Shown in pieces: positions 10,001 through 18,640 of a stretch of 64,000 nt of DNA. Source of the DNA: Planctomycetota bacterium (GTDB lineage: Bacteria; Planctomycetota; UBA11346); NCBI GenBank assembly GCA_038231435.1, contig JBBRLJ010000004.1, positions 64,001 through 128,000 of the forward strand, given 5' to 3'. Position 1 is the stretch's first letter. Each line of letters starts with the position of its first letter. The notes beneath the pieces are model-generated. The model made no database searches. It saw nothing but the letters and a program-made list of their open reading frames with translations, and was not told where the DNA came from. Both the position numbers and the translations under genes were made by a program.

Positions 10001-11432
10001 CGTCGAGCACCTTGAGGAAGACGTGGATCTTCTCCTCGATCGTCCAGCGCTCGGCGGCGGCCTTGGATTCGGCGTCGGGAGGGACGTTCTTGCCCTCCTT
10101 CATCAGCTTGCCGGCCTGCTGCTGGAGCAGCTTCACGACCTTGCCGAGGCTCTGGCCCTCGATCATCTTCATGGTGAAATAGAGGGTTCCGTCCTCCATC
10201 ACGCCCATGTCGTGAATCGGCACGATGTTCGGGTGCTCGAGCTGGGCGGTGACCTGCGCCTCGGCGAGGAAGCGCTCCATCGCCTCGGGGCTGTTGGCGA
10301 AGCGTCCGAGGATGACCTTCATCGCCGCCTTGCGGCGGAAGTCGTGATCCGAGATATCGAGCACCGCGCCCATGCCGCCGTGCGCAAGTTCCCTGTTGAT
10401 GGCGTAGCGGCCTTCGGTGCCCTGCTCGTCGATCAGCTTCTGGATGCCACGCGGCAGGTTGCCCGCGCCCTTGGCGGCGGCCATGTCGGCGAGCACCGAT
10501 GGCCGCGACAGCTGCAGCTTGGTGTCGAGGTGCTGCTGCTCGGTGGGCAGGCTGGCGTTCAATTTGGTGCGGCCGATGCGCTGGGTGAAGCTGCCGGTAC
10601 GCGGACCCTGGCTGCCGCTCAGGCTCGGCGACGAGCCGGAGAACGCCGAGGCTTCACCCATCTTCATGGTCGCGAGCGTGGGCGCATCGCCGACGGGCCC
10701 CGCGGGCCTGTCGCCCATCTTCATGGTCGCGAGCGTGGCGGCTGTGGCGGAAGAGGCGGAGGAGGCGGCGTCGCCGCTCATGGGCACGGTTGCCAGGGTC
10801 GGCGCGTCGCCGAGCGCGGGAGGCTGCGACGTGGCGTGCGTCTGGGTGGCGACCGGAGCGCGCGGAGTGGCCTGCGCAGACGGCCCGCGATTCAGATCCA
10901 TCGCCAAGGTGCGATCGTCGGCCGCCTTGGCGCCTGGGGCGGCGCCGAAGATCGGCACGGTCTTGGCAAGCTCAGACGGAGCCGCCTTGCTGGCGGGGAC
11001 CGTCCCCTGGAGATCCTGGGCATCGCCACGCGTCGGAATGGTCGCCTGCAGATCCTGGCTGTCGCCCTTCACCGGTGATGGAGGCGATGCTGGGGATCCC
11101 GTCGCCGCAGCCCGCGGCGCCGCGGTGGGCCTGGTCTCATCCAGGGCGGTCGGATGGGTGACGTTGAGATTCATCGCCACCGTGGCGCCAGCAAGGGGAT
11201 CCGCGTCGCCGTGCCCGGCATTCAGGTTCATCGGCAGCGTCGCCGCGTGGTCGCTGGTGTTCAGATTCATGGGCAGCGTCGAGGCCTGATCACCGGTGTT
11301 CAGGTTCATCGGCAGCGTCGAGGCCTGATCGGACGTCGGTTTCGCGGATGCGGGCACCGTGGCCTTGAGATCCTCGGCGTCGCCAGCGGGGGCTGGCATC
11401 GGGGCGCCGGTCGGTGGGGTGTCGTCGCTCAT
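7044..11432 (-). CDS. membrane Ser/Thr protein kinase with disordered N-terminus, TPR/coiled-coil region and C-terminal SUMF1/FGE-sulfatase-type domain
   Basis: LAHGGMGAV, AMK, HRDIKPDN, DWG, GTIFYMPPE, DVYALG; TM helix LGAAGVVLVAGAIAGTWWYL; RLP...EWQFAA, YPWG, DLAGNVREW, GFR; start placed at ATG 11432 (MSDDTPP). Confidence 0.9.
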   Translation of the reverse strand: MSDDTPPTGAPMPAPAGDAEDLKATVPASAKPTSDQASTLPMNLNTGDQASTLPMNLNTSDHAATLPMNLNAGHGDADPLAGATVAMNLNVTHPTALDETRPTAAPRAAATGSPASPPSPVKGDSQDLQATIPTRGDAQDLQGTVPASKAAPSELAKTVPIFGAAPGAKAADDRTLAMDLNRGPSAQATPRAPVATQTHATSQPPALGDAPTLATVPMSGDAASSASSATAATLATMKMGDRPAGPVGDAPTLATMKMGEASAFSGSSPSLSGSQGPRTGSFTQRIGRTKLNASLPTEQQHLDTKLQLSRPSVLADMAAAKGAGNLPRGIQKLIDEQGTEGRYAINRELAHGGMGAVLDISDHDFRRKAAMKVILGRFANSPEAMERFLAEAQVTAQLEHPNIVPIHDMGVMEDGTLYFTMKMIEGQSLGKVVKLLQQQAGKLMKEGKNVPPDAESKAAAERWTIEEKIHVFLKVLDGVGFAHSRGVIHRDIKPDNIMLGGHGEVLVVDWGIAKVLASADQASALVKEVVSIRDQQSVSATMAGSAMGTIFYMPPEQAQGELQNIDATSDVYALGATLYELLSLRRCLDGTSIPEMIVKIVHGEIVPLDQADPTLHPDLVAIIHRSMARERSRRYASCEAFAEDLRRYLAGQAVEARKRSIGELIRLWIAQNKLKLQLGAAGVVLVAGAIAGTWWYLAKEHRAKADQLFNEAKITYAALGATPQPDDLVKVSLLVSRAMDLEPSDRAIQAFDSEVSGAAKLAKKRFDDEEVVRRNRQAAHDLFTRGQDEAKKDAVAGLATLQQALKLTPEDTEIQAAVMETQKIASNKQLEEKTRVATGHFDASSTALAAAAAKDPLDAQATELLKQAEAELVLADQDHDVKLPGVAGLVKKLDEGRARVAAAAKAADNLKRARELSAKAAASLDAADPDDAMKSAEQAIGFASDDADTKAMYARATLEKQRIEFQRGEVKRRQEAETNAAKLLEGARKAQAEMNAQRDIYLGKRQEAEVLGKKLADKPIADKSPVFAAIQASEQARKALVQEWANCEGLANNVVATLEPFAGADKKPQAYREGLSILAQLYHNRLVEAQATRNLPEIEAFRNLLARADRLDHTYAAELAGTARLKVTGKPGAVVMARRVVVQPDTRLAADGEPMPIEPGKDYDLASGTWQLQAADTIVSLVLRSDQPTVFAWPENLKSVPGIPLRFVPGNLHVPVGGEPPLKPFMLGVNEITIAQYLAFVKEESLPAIKKIYKDFAKSHANGENPQPPPYPHLPMNQAFIPKQVKFETAKDETEIRDISVMPGVPMDSPVISITREDARDFCVWLSKKNGVKARLPLKSEWQFAACGDDIQRVYPWGGHFDANFTCSSAAKLVEVAAKVGSVSYDVGPFGHFDLAGNVREWLGDDGRSNQDPRAAGAHHALIAGGAYSDDDEHWFRSTYSESVDDAIRAEMIGFRILVELP
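11221..11337. repeat. 3 x 39-bp tandem repeat in kinase N-terminus
   Basis: Units at 11221, 11260, 11299 encode DHAATLPMNLN / DQASTLPMNLN / DQASTLPMNLN. Confidence 0.9.
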
Positions 11433-11604
11433 GTCGCTCGATCCGATGCGGAAAGCCGTTGCGAGTCCCCGATGCGGAAGCTGGCGAGTGCGCGCATGCA
11501 CATGCGCGGAGTCACCCGGAGACTGGACGTCACAAGGTCGGGGAAACACGGCAAAGTCAAGGTATGACGGGGTTTTATGTCCGCCCAGGGCAGCGCCGCG
11601 CCCC

Positions 11605-13416
11605 TCACCCGAGGCGCTGCCGGCGCTGACGTAGCCCAAGCACGGCGAGCAGACCGATCATGACCGCCGCGCCGCCGCCAGCTCCGCACCCATGCTGCGG
11701 CTGGATGTCGGCGAACGCGGGGAAGGGAGGCGGAAGGAGACCAGGAGATGACGACGCAGGGGTCGGAGTGGCACCGTTGGAGGATTCTCGGTCGGAGAGG
11801 AAGACGACGCCGCCGGTTTGATCGTTTACCCTACTCAACGTCAGATCCATTGTGGTGTTATTGTAAATCCAATATGCTAGCCCGGAATTCAAAGTTGTCA
11901 CATTTTGGTAAGCTTGGCCATCCCAATAATATACAAATGATCCGATCGCAGCCATTCTGGCCAAACCGGTTACTGCCGCTCCATTTCCATCAAAAACAGA
12001 AAATTGATCCATCCTATGATTGGTTAATGTTCTGGGCCCCTCAGTTAATGGCGGTATGCCGAAAAGATTCCATCCTGGATGAACTACAATATCGAACGGA
12101 GCGGGCTGCCCTGTACCGCTAAAATTTAAAGAGAGCGGAACTCGTGTCGCTATAAATATTCCTGTATCAACGCGAATTCCGCCTGATGGCGCGCGATCTG
12201 GCAATTCACAAAAAACCTTGTTGATAGCATCAAAAGCAAACGCACGCATCATGGATCTAGGGCCATACTGCCTTAAAGCCGTGATTAAATTAGCAATGCC
12301 TTGTGGGGTCGATGGGCAGATGGCAGAATATACAGGTGTTGAATTACTCATGGGAATTGGCGGAGACGAAATACCAACCGTCACTGGCAGCGCCTGGATG
12401 TCAATTACACCAATATCACTCTGCACCGAGGCCATGTACTCGCCGAACCAAATATTTCGGTCCGGGCCCATACATATTCCAAGCGGCGGGTATGTTGACA
12501 GGTATTCAGATACAGTTTGTGTATTTCCTGGATTGGTTGTGATGGCACCCACCCTACCCCCGCTAACCATTGAAAACCAAAGCCTTCCATCCGGCCCAGC
12601 AGTCATCTTGCCTAGACTTGTACTCGTTAACGGCCCTGGGAATTCGGTAATTGTTCCGTAGGCTAAGCCAGCCGATAAATTTAATCTTGCGATTTTATTT
12701 AAGCTGCTTTCTACGAACCAGATATTTCCGTCCGGACCCACGGTAATTCCATTTGGGGAGGCTGAAGGGGAGATCCCAACGGAGAACATAGTCATCGTTC
12801 CGTTGGTCGAGACCCTCCCCAGTCGATTATTCGCGGTATCCGTAAACCACAAATTTCCATCCGGTCCAGCCGCAATTGATGAGGGTCTTGATGTAAACAT
12901 CGCGGCGGGGATAGGGTATTCGAAAACCGCACTTGTTCCAAAATCATATTTACCGATATTTCCCAAAGAAGACTCCCCAAACCATATATTCCCATCTTGT
13001 CCTACCGAAATACCGAGGGGTCCTCTAGCAGACAGTGTATTTAATTGAATTTCGGTAACAAATCCGACCGGAGTAATTTTTCCGATCTTATTTCCAAACT
13101 GTTCGGTAAACCACATGTTGCCGTCGGGCCCTAGTGTTATTGAATAAACGCCAGAGCTAATTCCCGTAGTATATTCTGTTATCAAGCCACTAGATGAGAT
13201 TTTTCCGATCTTCGAACTTCCCTCTCCAAACCACACATTTCCATCGCGTCCAGCAGCCATTTCCTGCGGATCTCCGTACATGCTGCTAGGTATCGGATAC
13301 TCCGCCGACGGCGGAGTTGCCGGAATCGGCAGAGTGAACCCATTCCCCCGTCCTTCCGATCCAACCCATCCAAGAATCGCCATCAGGATCCAGATCCCAC
13401 GTACGTGCATGCGCAT
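11605..13416 (-). CDS. exported Vgb (virginiamycin B lyase)-like beta-propeller repeat protein with C-terminal Cys/Gly-TM-basic sorting tail; AT-rich core
   Basis: Seven repeats of (P)xxIxxGxDGNxWFxExxxNKIGKI; HPGWNL and GLAYWI motifs; tail GCGAGGGAAVMIGLLAVLGLRQRRQR; markedly lower GC about 11815-13260. Confidence 0.85.
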   Translation of the reverse strand: MRMHVRGIWILMAILGWVGSEGRGNGFTLPIPATPPSAEYPIPSSMYGDPQEMAAGRDGNVWFGEGSSKIGKISSSGLITEYTTGISSGVYSITLGPDGNMWFTEQFGNKIGKITPVGFVTEIQLNTLSARGPLGISVGQDGNIWFGESSLGNIGKYDFGTSAVFEYPIPAAMFTSRPSSIAAGPDGNLWFTDTANNRLGRVSTNGTMTMFSVGISPSASPNGITVGPDGNIWFVESSLNKIARLNLSAGLAYGTITEFPGPLTSTSLGKMTAGPDGRLWFSMVSGGRVGAITTNPGNTQTVSEYLSTYPPLGICMGPDRNIWFGEYMASVQSDIGVIDIQALPVTVGISSPPIPMSNSTPVYSAICPSTPQGIANLITALRQYGPRSMMRAFAFDAINKVFCELPDRAPSGGIRVDTGIFIATRVPLSLNFSGTGQPAPFDIVVHPGWNLFGIPPLTEGPRTLTNHRMDQFSVFDGNGAAVTGLARMAAIGSFVYYWDGQAYQNVTTLNSGLAYWIYNNTTMDLTLSRVNDQTGGVVFLSDRESSNGATPTPASSSPGLLPPPFPAFADIQPQHGCGAGGGAAVMIGLLAVLGLRQRRQRLG

Positions 13417-13628
13417 CTCCCTCGGTCTGGAACCATAGCTCTAGCGACAACAGCGCAAATGCCCTGCAGAGGCGTCCGGGCCCCGCAAGCATCGCACCTA
13501 TAACCAAAGGACATCGATAACCGGTCACGCCCGTCTATTCGTTCATGGTGCCTTGACTGATGGGTCCACCTCATAAGGTGCGCCGCGCCCGACCGGGCAC
13601 CCCGATAATGATGGCGCTGACAGCTCAT

Positions 13629-13874
13629 ATGGATGATGACGACGACCTGCCGAAGGCGACTCCGCGCATGGCGGCCGAGGAGAACCGGCAGCTGAACTCG
13701 CTGTCGCGTTCCCTGGTCGCGGCCTACGTGGCAGTCGGAGCCGGGCTGATTGGAGCTGGCATCGGCTGGGCCATCGATCGTGCCAACGACTCGTCTCCGC
13801 GCTGGACCCTCATCGTGGCCGCGGTTCTGCTGGGTGGCGGCATCTACAACCTCGTCCGCGAGGTGCGCAAGTGA
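13629..13874 (+). CDS. atpZ: AtpZ/AtpI family ATP synthase accessory protein
   Basis: GAGIGWAIDR...SPRWTLI...GGGIYNL motif; first gene of atp operon; start uncertain. Confidence 0.75.
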   Translation: MDDDDDLPKATPRMAAEENRQLNSLSRSLVAAYVAVGAGLIGAGIGWAIDRANDSSPRWTLIVAAVLLGGGIYNLVREVRK

Positions 13875-14251
13875 TGCTGACCTCGACCTCCAAGCTGCTG
13901 GCGCTCGCCGTGGCCCCCTCGGCTCTCGCGCTGCTGATCGCCGCGATCCCTGGAACGCCTCCGGGCATCTTCCTGGGCGGCCTGCTGACTCTGCCCCTGG
14001 CGGCTGCTGGCGCGTTGATGCTGTCGCTGCGCACCACGTCGCTGGGCATGTCCGCCGTTGGCGCCGCGGGCGCCTTCGTCATCCGCATCGGCGGCGCCGG
14101 CGCCGCCGCGCTGCTGGTCCAGGGCGATGCGCACGCCCCAGCCATCCTCGCCACCATCGCCGCCTGCCTGTTCGCCAGCCTGGCGGCAGAAATGGCCAGC
14201 TGGTTCATCGCCATGCGCTCGCAGCTCGCCGGGAATGCCACCGATGCCTGA
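13871..14251 (+). CDS. atpI: ATP synthase subunit I-like 4-TM protein
   Basis: Four hydrophobic segments, GAFVIRIG motif, between atpZ and atpB with overlaps. Confidence 0.6.
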   Translation: MMLTSTSKLLALAVAPSALALLIAAIPGTPPGIFLGGLLTLPLAAAGALMLSLRTTSLGMSAVGAAGAFVIRIGGAGAAALLVQGDAHAPAILATIAACLFASLAAEMASWFIAMRSQLAGNATDA

Positions 14252-15413
14252 GACCACCGCGCCCGATACCGCCACGATCCCGCCTGAGCATCCCGCCGGC
14301 GCGACGCCCGAGGCTGCCACCGCCGAGCACGGCGAGCACCAGGGCGCCGCCGCGCACGCCGGCCACCATTTCGATTTCCAGGCGCTGAACTACAGCCACA
14401 CCATGCCGTATCCGGCGGTCGAGCCGATCCACGGCCACCCGCTGCTGATCCTGAACCTCGCCGAATACGCCGATCTCAATTACGGCGCGCTCAGCGCGAA
14501 GCCCAATTTCTCAGGCATCTCGACCGGCGGCAACGAGGCGTGGGCGGTGCAGTACGTCGCCAAGCGCGAGTCCTACATCGACGACGCGACCGGCAAGCAC
14601 AAGGTCTTCCAGGCCTCGCCAGAGAACCTCGCCAAGGCGATGACCATCGCCCGGCAAGAGGCCTGGGCGACGTTCCCGAAGCAGCTGTCGTTCATCAACC
14701 ATCAGACCTTCTGGTCGACCATCGCGCTGACCCTGTTCGCCGCGGTGCTGCTGATCTTCGCCCGCCGCACCAAGGACCAGCTCAAGCCGACGGGGCGCTT
14801 CCAGCATGTCATGGAGTCGCTCGTGCTGTTCGTGCGCGACGACATCGTGCGCCCCAACATCAAGCACCACCCCGACTGGTGGACGCCGTACTTCGCCAGC
14901 TTCTTCATCGTCATCCTGGTCTGCAACCTGTTCGGGCTGATCCCGATCTTCGCCACCGCCACCGGCAACATCGCCGTGACCGTGGCCTTCTCGCTGACCA
15001 CCGCCCTCCTGATGCTGTGGATGGGCCTTAAGGAGAACGGTCCGGTGAAGTTCTGGATCCGCCTTGTGCCGGTGCACTGGTCGTGGAACCCCCTCGCGAT
15101 CCTGCTGTGGCTATTCCTGTTCGTGCTCGAGGTGGCGCAGCTGGCGATTCGTCCGACGGTGCTGGCCGTGCGACTGTTCGTGAACATGTTCGCCGGCCAC
15201 AGCGTCCTGCTCGTGTTCGCCAGCCTCGGCTTCATTATCTTCGCCGAAGATCATCACGCCTATGCGACCAGCACCGGATTCGGTACCGGTGGCTGGATCC
15301 TCACCACTTTCTTCCTCTATCCGCTCGAGCTGCTCATCGCCGTGCTCCAGGCCTTCATCTTCACGCTGCTCAGCGCCGTGTTCATCGGCCTCTGCGCGCA
15401 TCCCGAACACTGA
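14244..15413 (+). CDS. atpB: F0F1 ATP synthase subunit a (long N-terminal extension)
   Basis: NLFGLIP, TATGNI, LAVRLFVNMFAGH (essential Arg), LELLIAVLQAFIFTLLS; start ATG 14244. Confidence 0.96.
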   Translation: MPETTAPDTATIPPEHPAGATPEAATAEHGEHQGAAAHAGHHFDFQALNYSHTMPYPAVEPIHGHPLLILNLAEYADLNYGALSAKPNFSGISTGGNEAWAVQYVAKRESYIDDATGKHKVFQASPENLAKAMTIARQEAWATFPKQLSFINHQTFWSTIALTLFAAVLLIFARRTKDQLKPTGRFQHVMESLVLFVRDDIVRPNIKHHPDWWTPYFASFFIVILVCNLFGLIPIFATATGNIAVTVAFSLTTALLMLWMGLKENGPVKFWIRLVPVHWSWNPLAILLWLFLFVLEVAQLAIRPTVLAVRLFVNMFAGHSVLLVFASLGFIIFAEDHHAYATSTGFGTGGWILTTFFLYPLELLIAVLQAFIFTLLSAVFIGLCAHPEH

Positions 15414-15475
15414 TCCCGCTCAATCTTACCACTTCCCGCACCATCAGCACCCCTCCGCATTCAGAAGGACAGCCC

Positions 15476-15787
15476 ATGTCAGACCTCGCCACCATCGCCA
15501 TGAGCGTGATGAACGCCCTACCCGCCGCGGACGCCACCGTGGACACCACCATGGAGGCCGCCCGTGCCACCACTCACGGCCTCCTGACGATCGGCCGAGG
15601 CGCGGCGTACGGCGCGGCAGCCGGCGGCGCCAGCGTCGGCATCGGCTTGGTGGTCGCCGCCACCATCAGCGGCATCGCCCGCCAGCCCGAGCAGGGCGGC
15701 GCGCTGCGCACCCTGATGTTTATCGGCATCGGCTTCATCGAGGTGTTCGCGCTCATCGGCTTCGCCTACCTCTTCATCTTGACCTGA
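15476..15787 (+). CDS. atpE: F0F1 ATP synthase subunit c
   Basis: GGASVGIG, ARQPE loop, FIE carboxylate; GAAGGA RBS before ATG 15476. Confidence 0.96.
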   Translation: MSDLATIAMSVMNALPAADATVDTTMEAARATTHGLLTIGRGAAYGAAAGGASVGIGLVVAATISGIARQPEQGGALRTLMFIGIGFIEVFALIGFAYLFILT

Positions 15788-15857
15788 GCCCGACCGATAC
15801 ACGCCCGCGGCCCCGCCGCAGGCTGACGCCTGCACCCCATCTCCCATCGGGACCACC

Positions 15858-16367
15858 ATGGAAGAGTTCTTCGAGTCCAACGTCGCCAACTTCTTCTGGG
15901 GAGTCGCCGCGTTCATCGTGTTCGTGATGATCTTCTACCGCCTGGCGGTGAAGCACATCCTGGCCGCGATCGACGCGCGCGAGGCCAAGATCTCGCAGCA
16001 GATGAAGGAGGCCGAGGACGCCTACGTGCGCGCCAAGCGCGTGCAGGCCGATGTCGACGCCAAGTTCGCCGCCGCCGAGACCAAGATCTCGGCGATGATG
16101 ACCGAGGCCCGTAAGGACGCCGAATCCTTCAAGGCGGACCTGGTCGACAAGGGCAAGACCGAGATCGAAGCCGGCCGCCAGCGCTCGCTGCGCGACATCG
16201 ACGCCGCCCGCCACGCCGCGGTCATCACCCTGCGGCAGGAGATCGCCGTGGTCGCGACCCAGGTCGCCGAGAAGATCGTGCGCGAAAAGATCGACGCCGC
16301 AAAGCACGAGGACCTGGTCGGCCAGGCCATCGACGCGTACGAAGCCAGCCAGGGCGGGAAGAAGTAG
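15858..16367 (+). CDS. atpF: F0F1 ATP synthase subunit b
   Basis: N-terminal TM, IDAREAKI, long coiled coil, VAEKIV. Confidence 0.95.
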   Translation: MEEFFESNVANFFWGVAAFIVFVMIFYRLAVKHILAAIDAREAKISQQMKEAEDAYVRAKRVQADVDAKFAAAETKISAMMTEARKDAESFKADLVDKGKTEIEAGRQRSLRDIDAARHAAVITLRQEIAVVATQVAEKIVREKIDAAKHEDLVGQAIDAYEASQGGKK

Positions 16368-16368
16368 C

Positions 16369-16947
16369 ATGGCCGCGGGAACGGTAGCCGGAGTCTACGC
16401 GCAAGCGCTGCTCGAGCTCAGTGACGAGCGCGGCAAGCGCGCCGGCGTGGTCGAGTCGTGCCGCGGCCTCGCTGGCACCAGTGAGCGCGACACCGCGCTC
16501 ACCCAGGGGCTCATCGCCCAGCTCGACGATCCGCGCCTCGGCAAGGACAAGGCCAAGGCGGCGCTCAAGGCCTCGCTCGCGGGCAAGGTCGAGCCCGAGG
16601 TCTCGGACCTGCTGCTGCTGCTGGTCGATCGCAACCGCCTGGGCGACGCCCAGGCGATCCTGCGCGAGGTCGTGCGCATCGCCGACGCCCAGGCCGGAAC
16701 CGTACGCGTCGACGTGGTCACCGCGCAGCCCCTGTCCGCCGGCGCCAGCACGCGTCTGGCCGACGGCCTCAAGCGCACCCTCGGCCCCGGCGCGTTCGTC
16801 AGCGCCAGCGTCGATGCCAAGCTCATCGGCGGCATGACCGTCCGCGTGGGCGACGTCTACGTCGACGGCAGCGTCAAGCGCCAGCTCGCCGAGATGAAAG
16901 CCAAGATCCTCGAAGCGCCCATAAGCGAAAACCTGTGGAACGCCTGA
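16369..16947 (+). CDS. atpH: F0F1 ATP synthase subunit delta
   Basis: [24 protein letters not shown]...VGD..VDGSV. Confidence 0.95.
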   Translation: MAAGTVAGVYAQALLELSDERGKRAGVVESCRGLAGTSERDTALTQGLIAQLDDPRLGKDKAKAALKASLAGKVEPEVSDLLLLLVDRNRLGDAQAILREVVRIADAQAGTVRVDVVTAQPLSAGASTRLADGLKRTLGPGAFVSASVDAKLIGGMTVRVGDVYVDGSVKRQLAEMKAKILEAPISENLWNA

Positions 16948-16987
16948 AGCCTCTCTCCGCCGTTATTTTCCAGATGAAGGAGTTTCC

Positions 16988-18592
16988 GTGAAGATCCGCG
17001 CCGATGAAATGACCGCCGTCATCAAGGACCAGCTGAAGAACTACGGTTCTCAGGTGGCCGTGGACGAAGTGGGCACGGTCGTGCAGGTGGGTGACGGCAT
17101 CGCCCGCATCACCGGCCTCGCCGGGGCCATGGCCGGCGAGATGATCGAGTTCGAGAACGGCTCGTACGGCCTCGCGCTCAACCTCGAAGAGGGCATCATC
17201 GGCTCGGTGGTCATGGGCGACTACACCACCATCAAGGAAGGCGGCCTCGCCAAGCGCACCAAGCGCGTGCTCGAGGTGCCGGTCGGCCAGGCCCTGCTCG
17301 GCCGCGTGGTCGATCCGCTCGGCCGCCCGATGGACGGCAAGGGTCCGATCGCGAACGAAGCCACCCGCAAGGTCGAGAGCCCGGCGCCCGGCTTGGCCGA
17401 TCGCAAGAGCGTGCACGAGCCGCTGCAGACCGGCCTCAAGTCGATCGACGCGATGATCCCCGTTGGCCGTGGCCAGCGCGAGCTGATCATCGGCGACCGC
17501 AAGACCGGCAAGACCGCCATCTGCATCGACACCATCATCAACCAGAAGGGCAAGGGCGTCGTCTGCGTCTACGTCGCCATCGGCCAGAAGGAGTCGACGG
17601 TCTCGGCGATCGTGAAGCAGCTCGAAGAGACCGGCGCGATGGCCTACACCATCGTGGTCAGCGCCTCGGCCTCGCAGCCCGCCTCGTTGCAGTACCTGGC
17701 CCCCTACGCCGGCGCGGCGATGGCCGAGTACTTCATGTACAACACCTGGGCGACCGACGCCAAGGGCCTGCCGACCCTCACCGGCGGCAAGTTCACCATG
17801 AAGGGCGTCAAAGAAGGCGGCCGCGGCATCGCAACGTTCTGCGCCTACGACGACCTCACCAAGCAGGCCGCCGCGTACCGCGAGATGTCGCTGCTGCTGC
17901 GCCGCCCGCCCGGCCGCGAAGCCTTCCCCGGCGACGTGTTCTATCTACACAGCCGCCTGCTCGAGCGCGCGGCCAAGCTCAGCGACAAGCTCGGCGGCGG
18001 ATCGATGACCTCGTTCCCGGTGATCGAGACGCAGGAGGGCGAGGTCTCGGCCTACATCCCGACCAACGTAATCTCGATCACCGACGGTCAGATCTACCTG
18101 CAGGGCGACCTGTTCAACGCCGGCCAGCGCCCAGCGGTCGACGTCGGCATCTCGGTGTCGCGCGTGGGTGGCAACGCCCAGATCAAGGGCATGAAGAAGG
18201 TTGCCGGCACGTTGCGCCTCGATCTTGCGGCCTACCGCGAGCTCGAAGCCTTCGCGCAGCTCGGCACCGAGCTCGATCCGGCCACGCAGAAGCAGCTGGA
18301 TCGCGGCGCGCGCATGGTCGAGCTGCTCAAGCAGGGCCAGGCCCAGCCGCTGCAGGTCGAGGACCAGGTGTTCATGATCAAGGGCGCCGGCATGGGCATG
18401 CTCGATGAGGTGCCGGTGGCGCAGGTCGGCCTGTTCGAGAAGGAATTCCTCGGCTTCATGAACTCGGAATACACCGAGCTGGTGAAGGAACTCTCTGAGA
18501 AGAAGGCGTTCTCGGACGAGGGTGAGAAGAAGTTCGCCGAGGCCATCGGGCGCTTCAAGACCAACTTCAAGAACAAGCACAAGGCCGCCTGA
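16988..18592 (+). CDS. atpA: F0F1 ATP synthase subunit alpha
   Basis: [51 protein letters not shown]. Confidence 0.99.
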   Translation: MKIRADEMTAVIKDQLKNYGSQVAVDEVGTVVQVGDGIARITGLAGAMAGEMIEFENGSYGLALNLEEGIIGSVVMGDYTTIKEGGLAKRTKRVLEVPVGQALLGRVVDPLGRPMDGKGPIANEATRKVESPAPGLADRKSVHEPLQTGLKSIDAMIPVGRGQRELIIGDRKTGKTAICIDTIINQKGKGVVCVYVAIGQKESTVSAIVKQLEETGAMAYTIVVSASASQPASLQYLAPYAGAAMAEYFMYNTWATDAKGLPTLTGGKFTMKGVKEGGRGIATFCAYDDLTKQAAAYREMSLLLRRPPGREAFPGDVFYLHSRLLERAAKLSDKLGGGSMTSFPVIETQEGEVSAYIPTNVISITDGQIYLQGDLFNAGQRPAVDVGISVSRVGGNAQIKGMKKVAGTLRLDLAAYRELEAFAQLGTELDPATQKQLDRGARMVELLKQGQAQPLQVEDQVFMIKGAGMGMLDEVPVAQVGLFEKEFLGFMNSEYTELVKELSEKKAFSDEGEKKFAEAIGRFKTNFKNKHKAA

Positions 18593-18640
18593 GCGCTCCG
18601 GTCCCCACGCACCCCAGCACCACGCACCGAGCAACGTCCC

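Noticed and set aside
11605..13416. Streptogramin resistance gene (vgb)
   Set aside because: Only the propeller repeat is shared; the signal peptide, extra domain and membrane tail indicate a surface protein, not the cytoplasmic lyase
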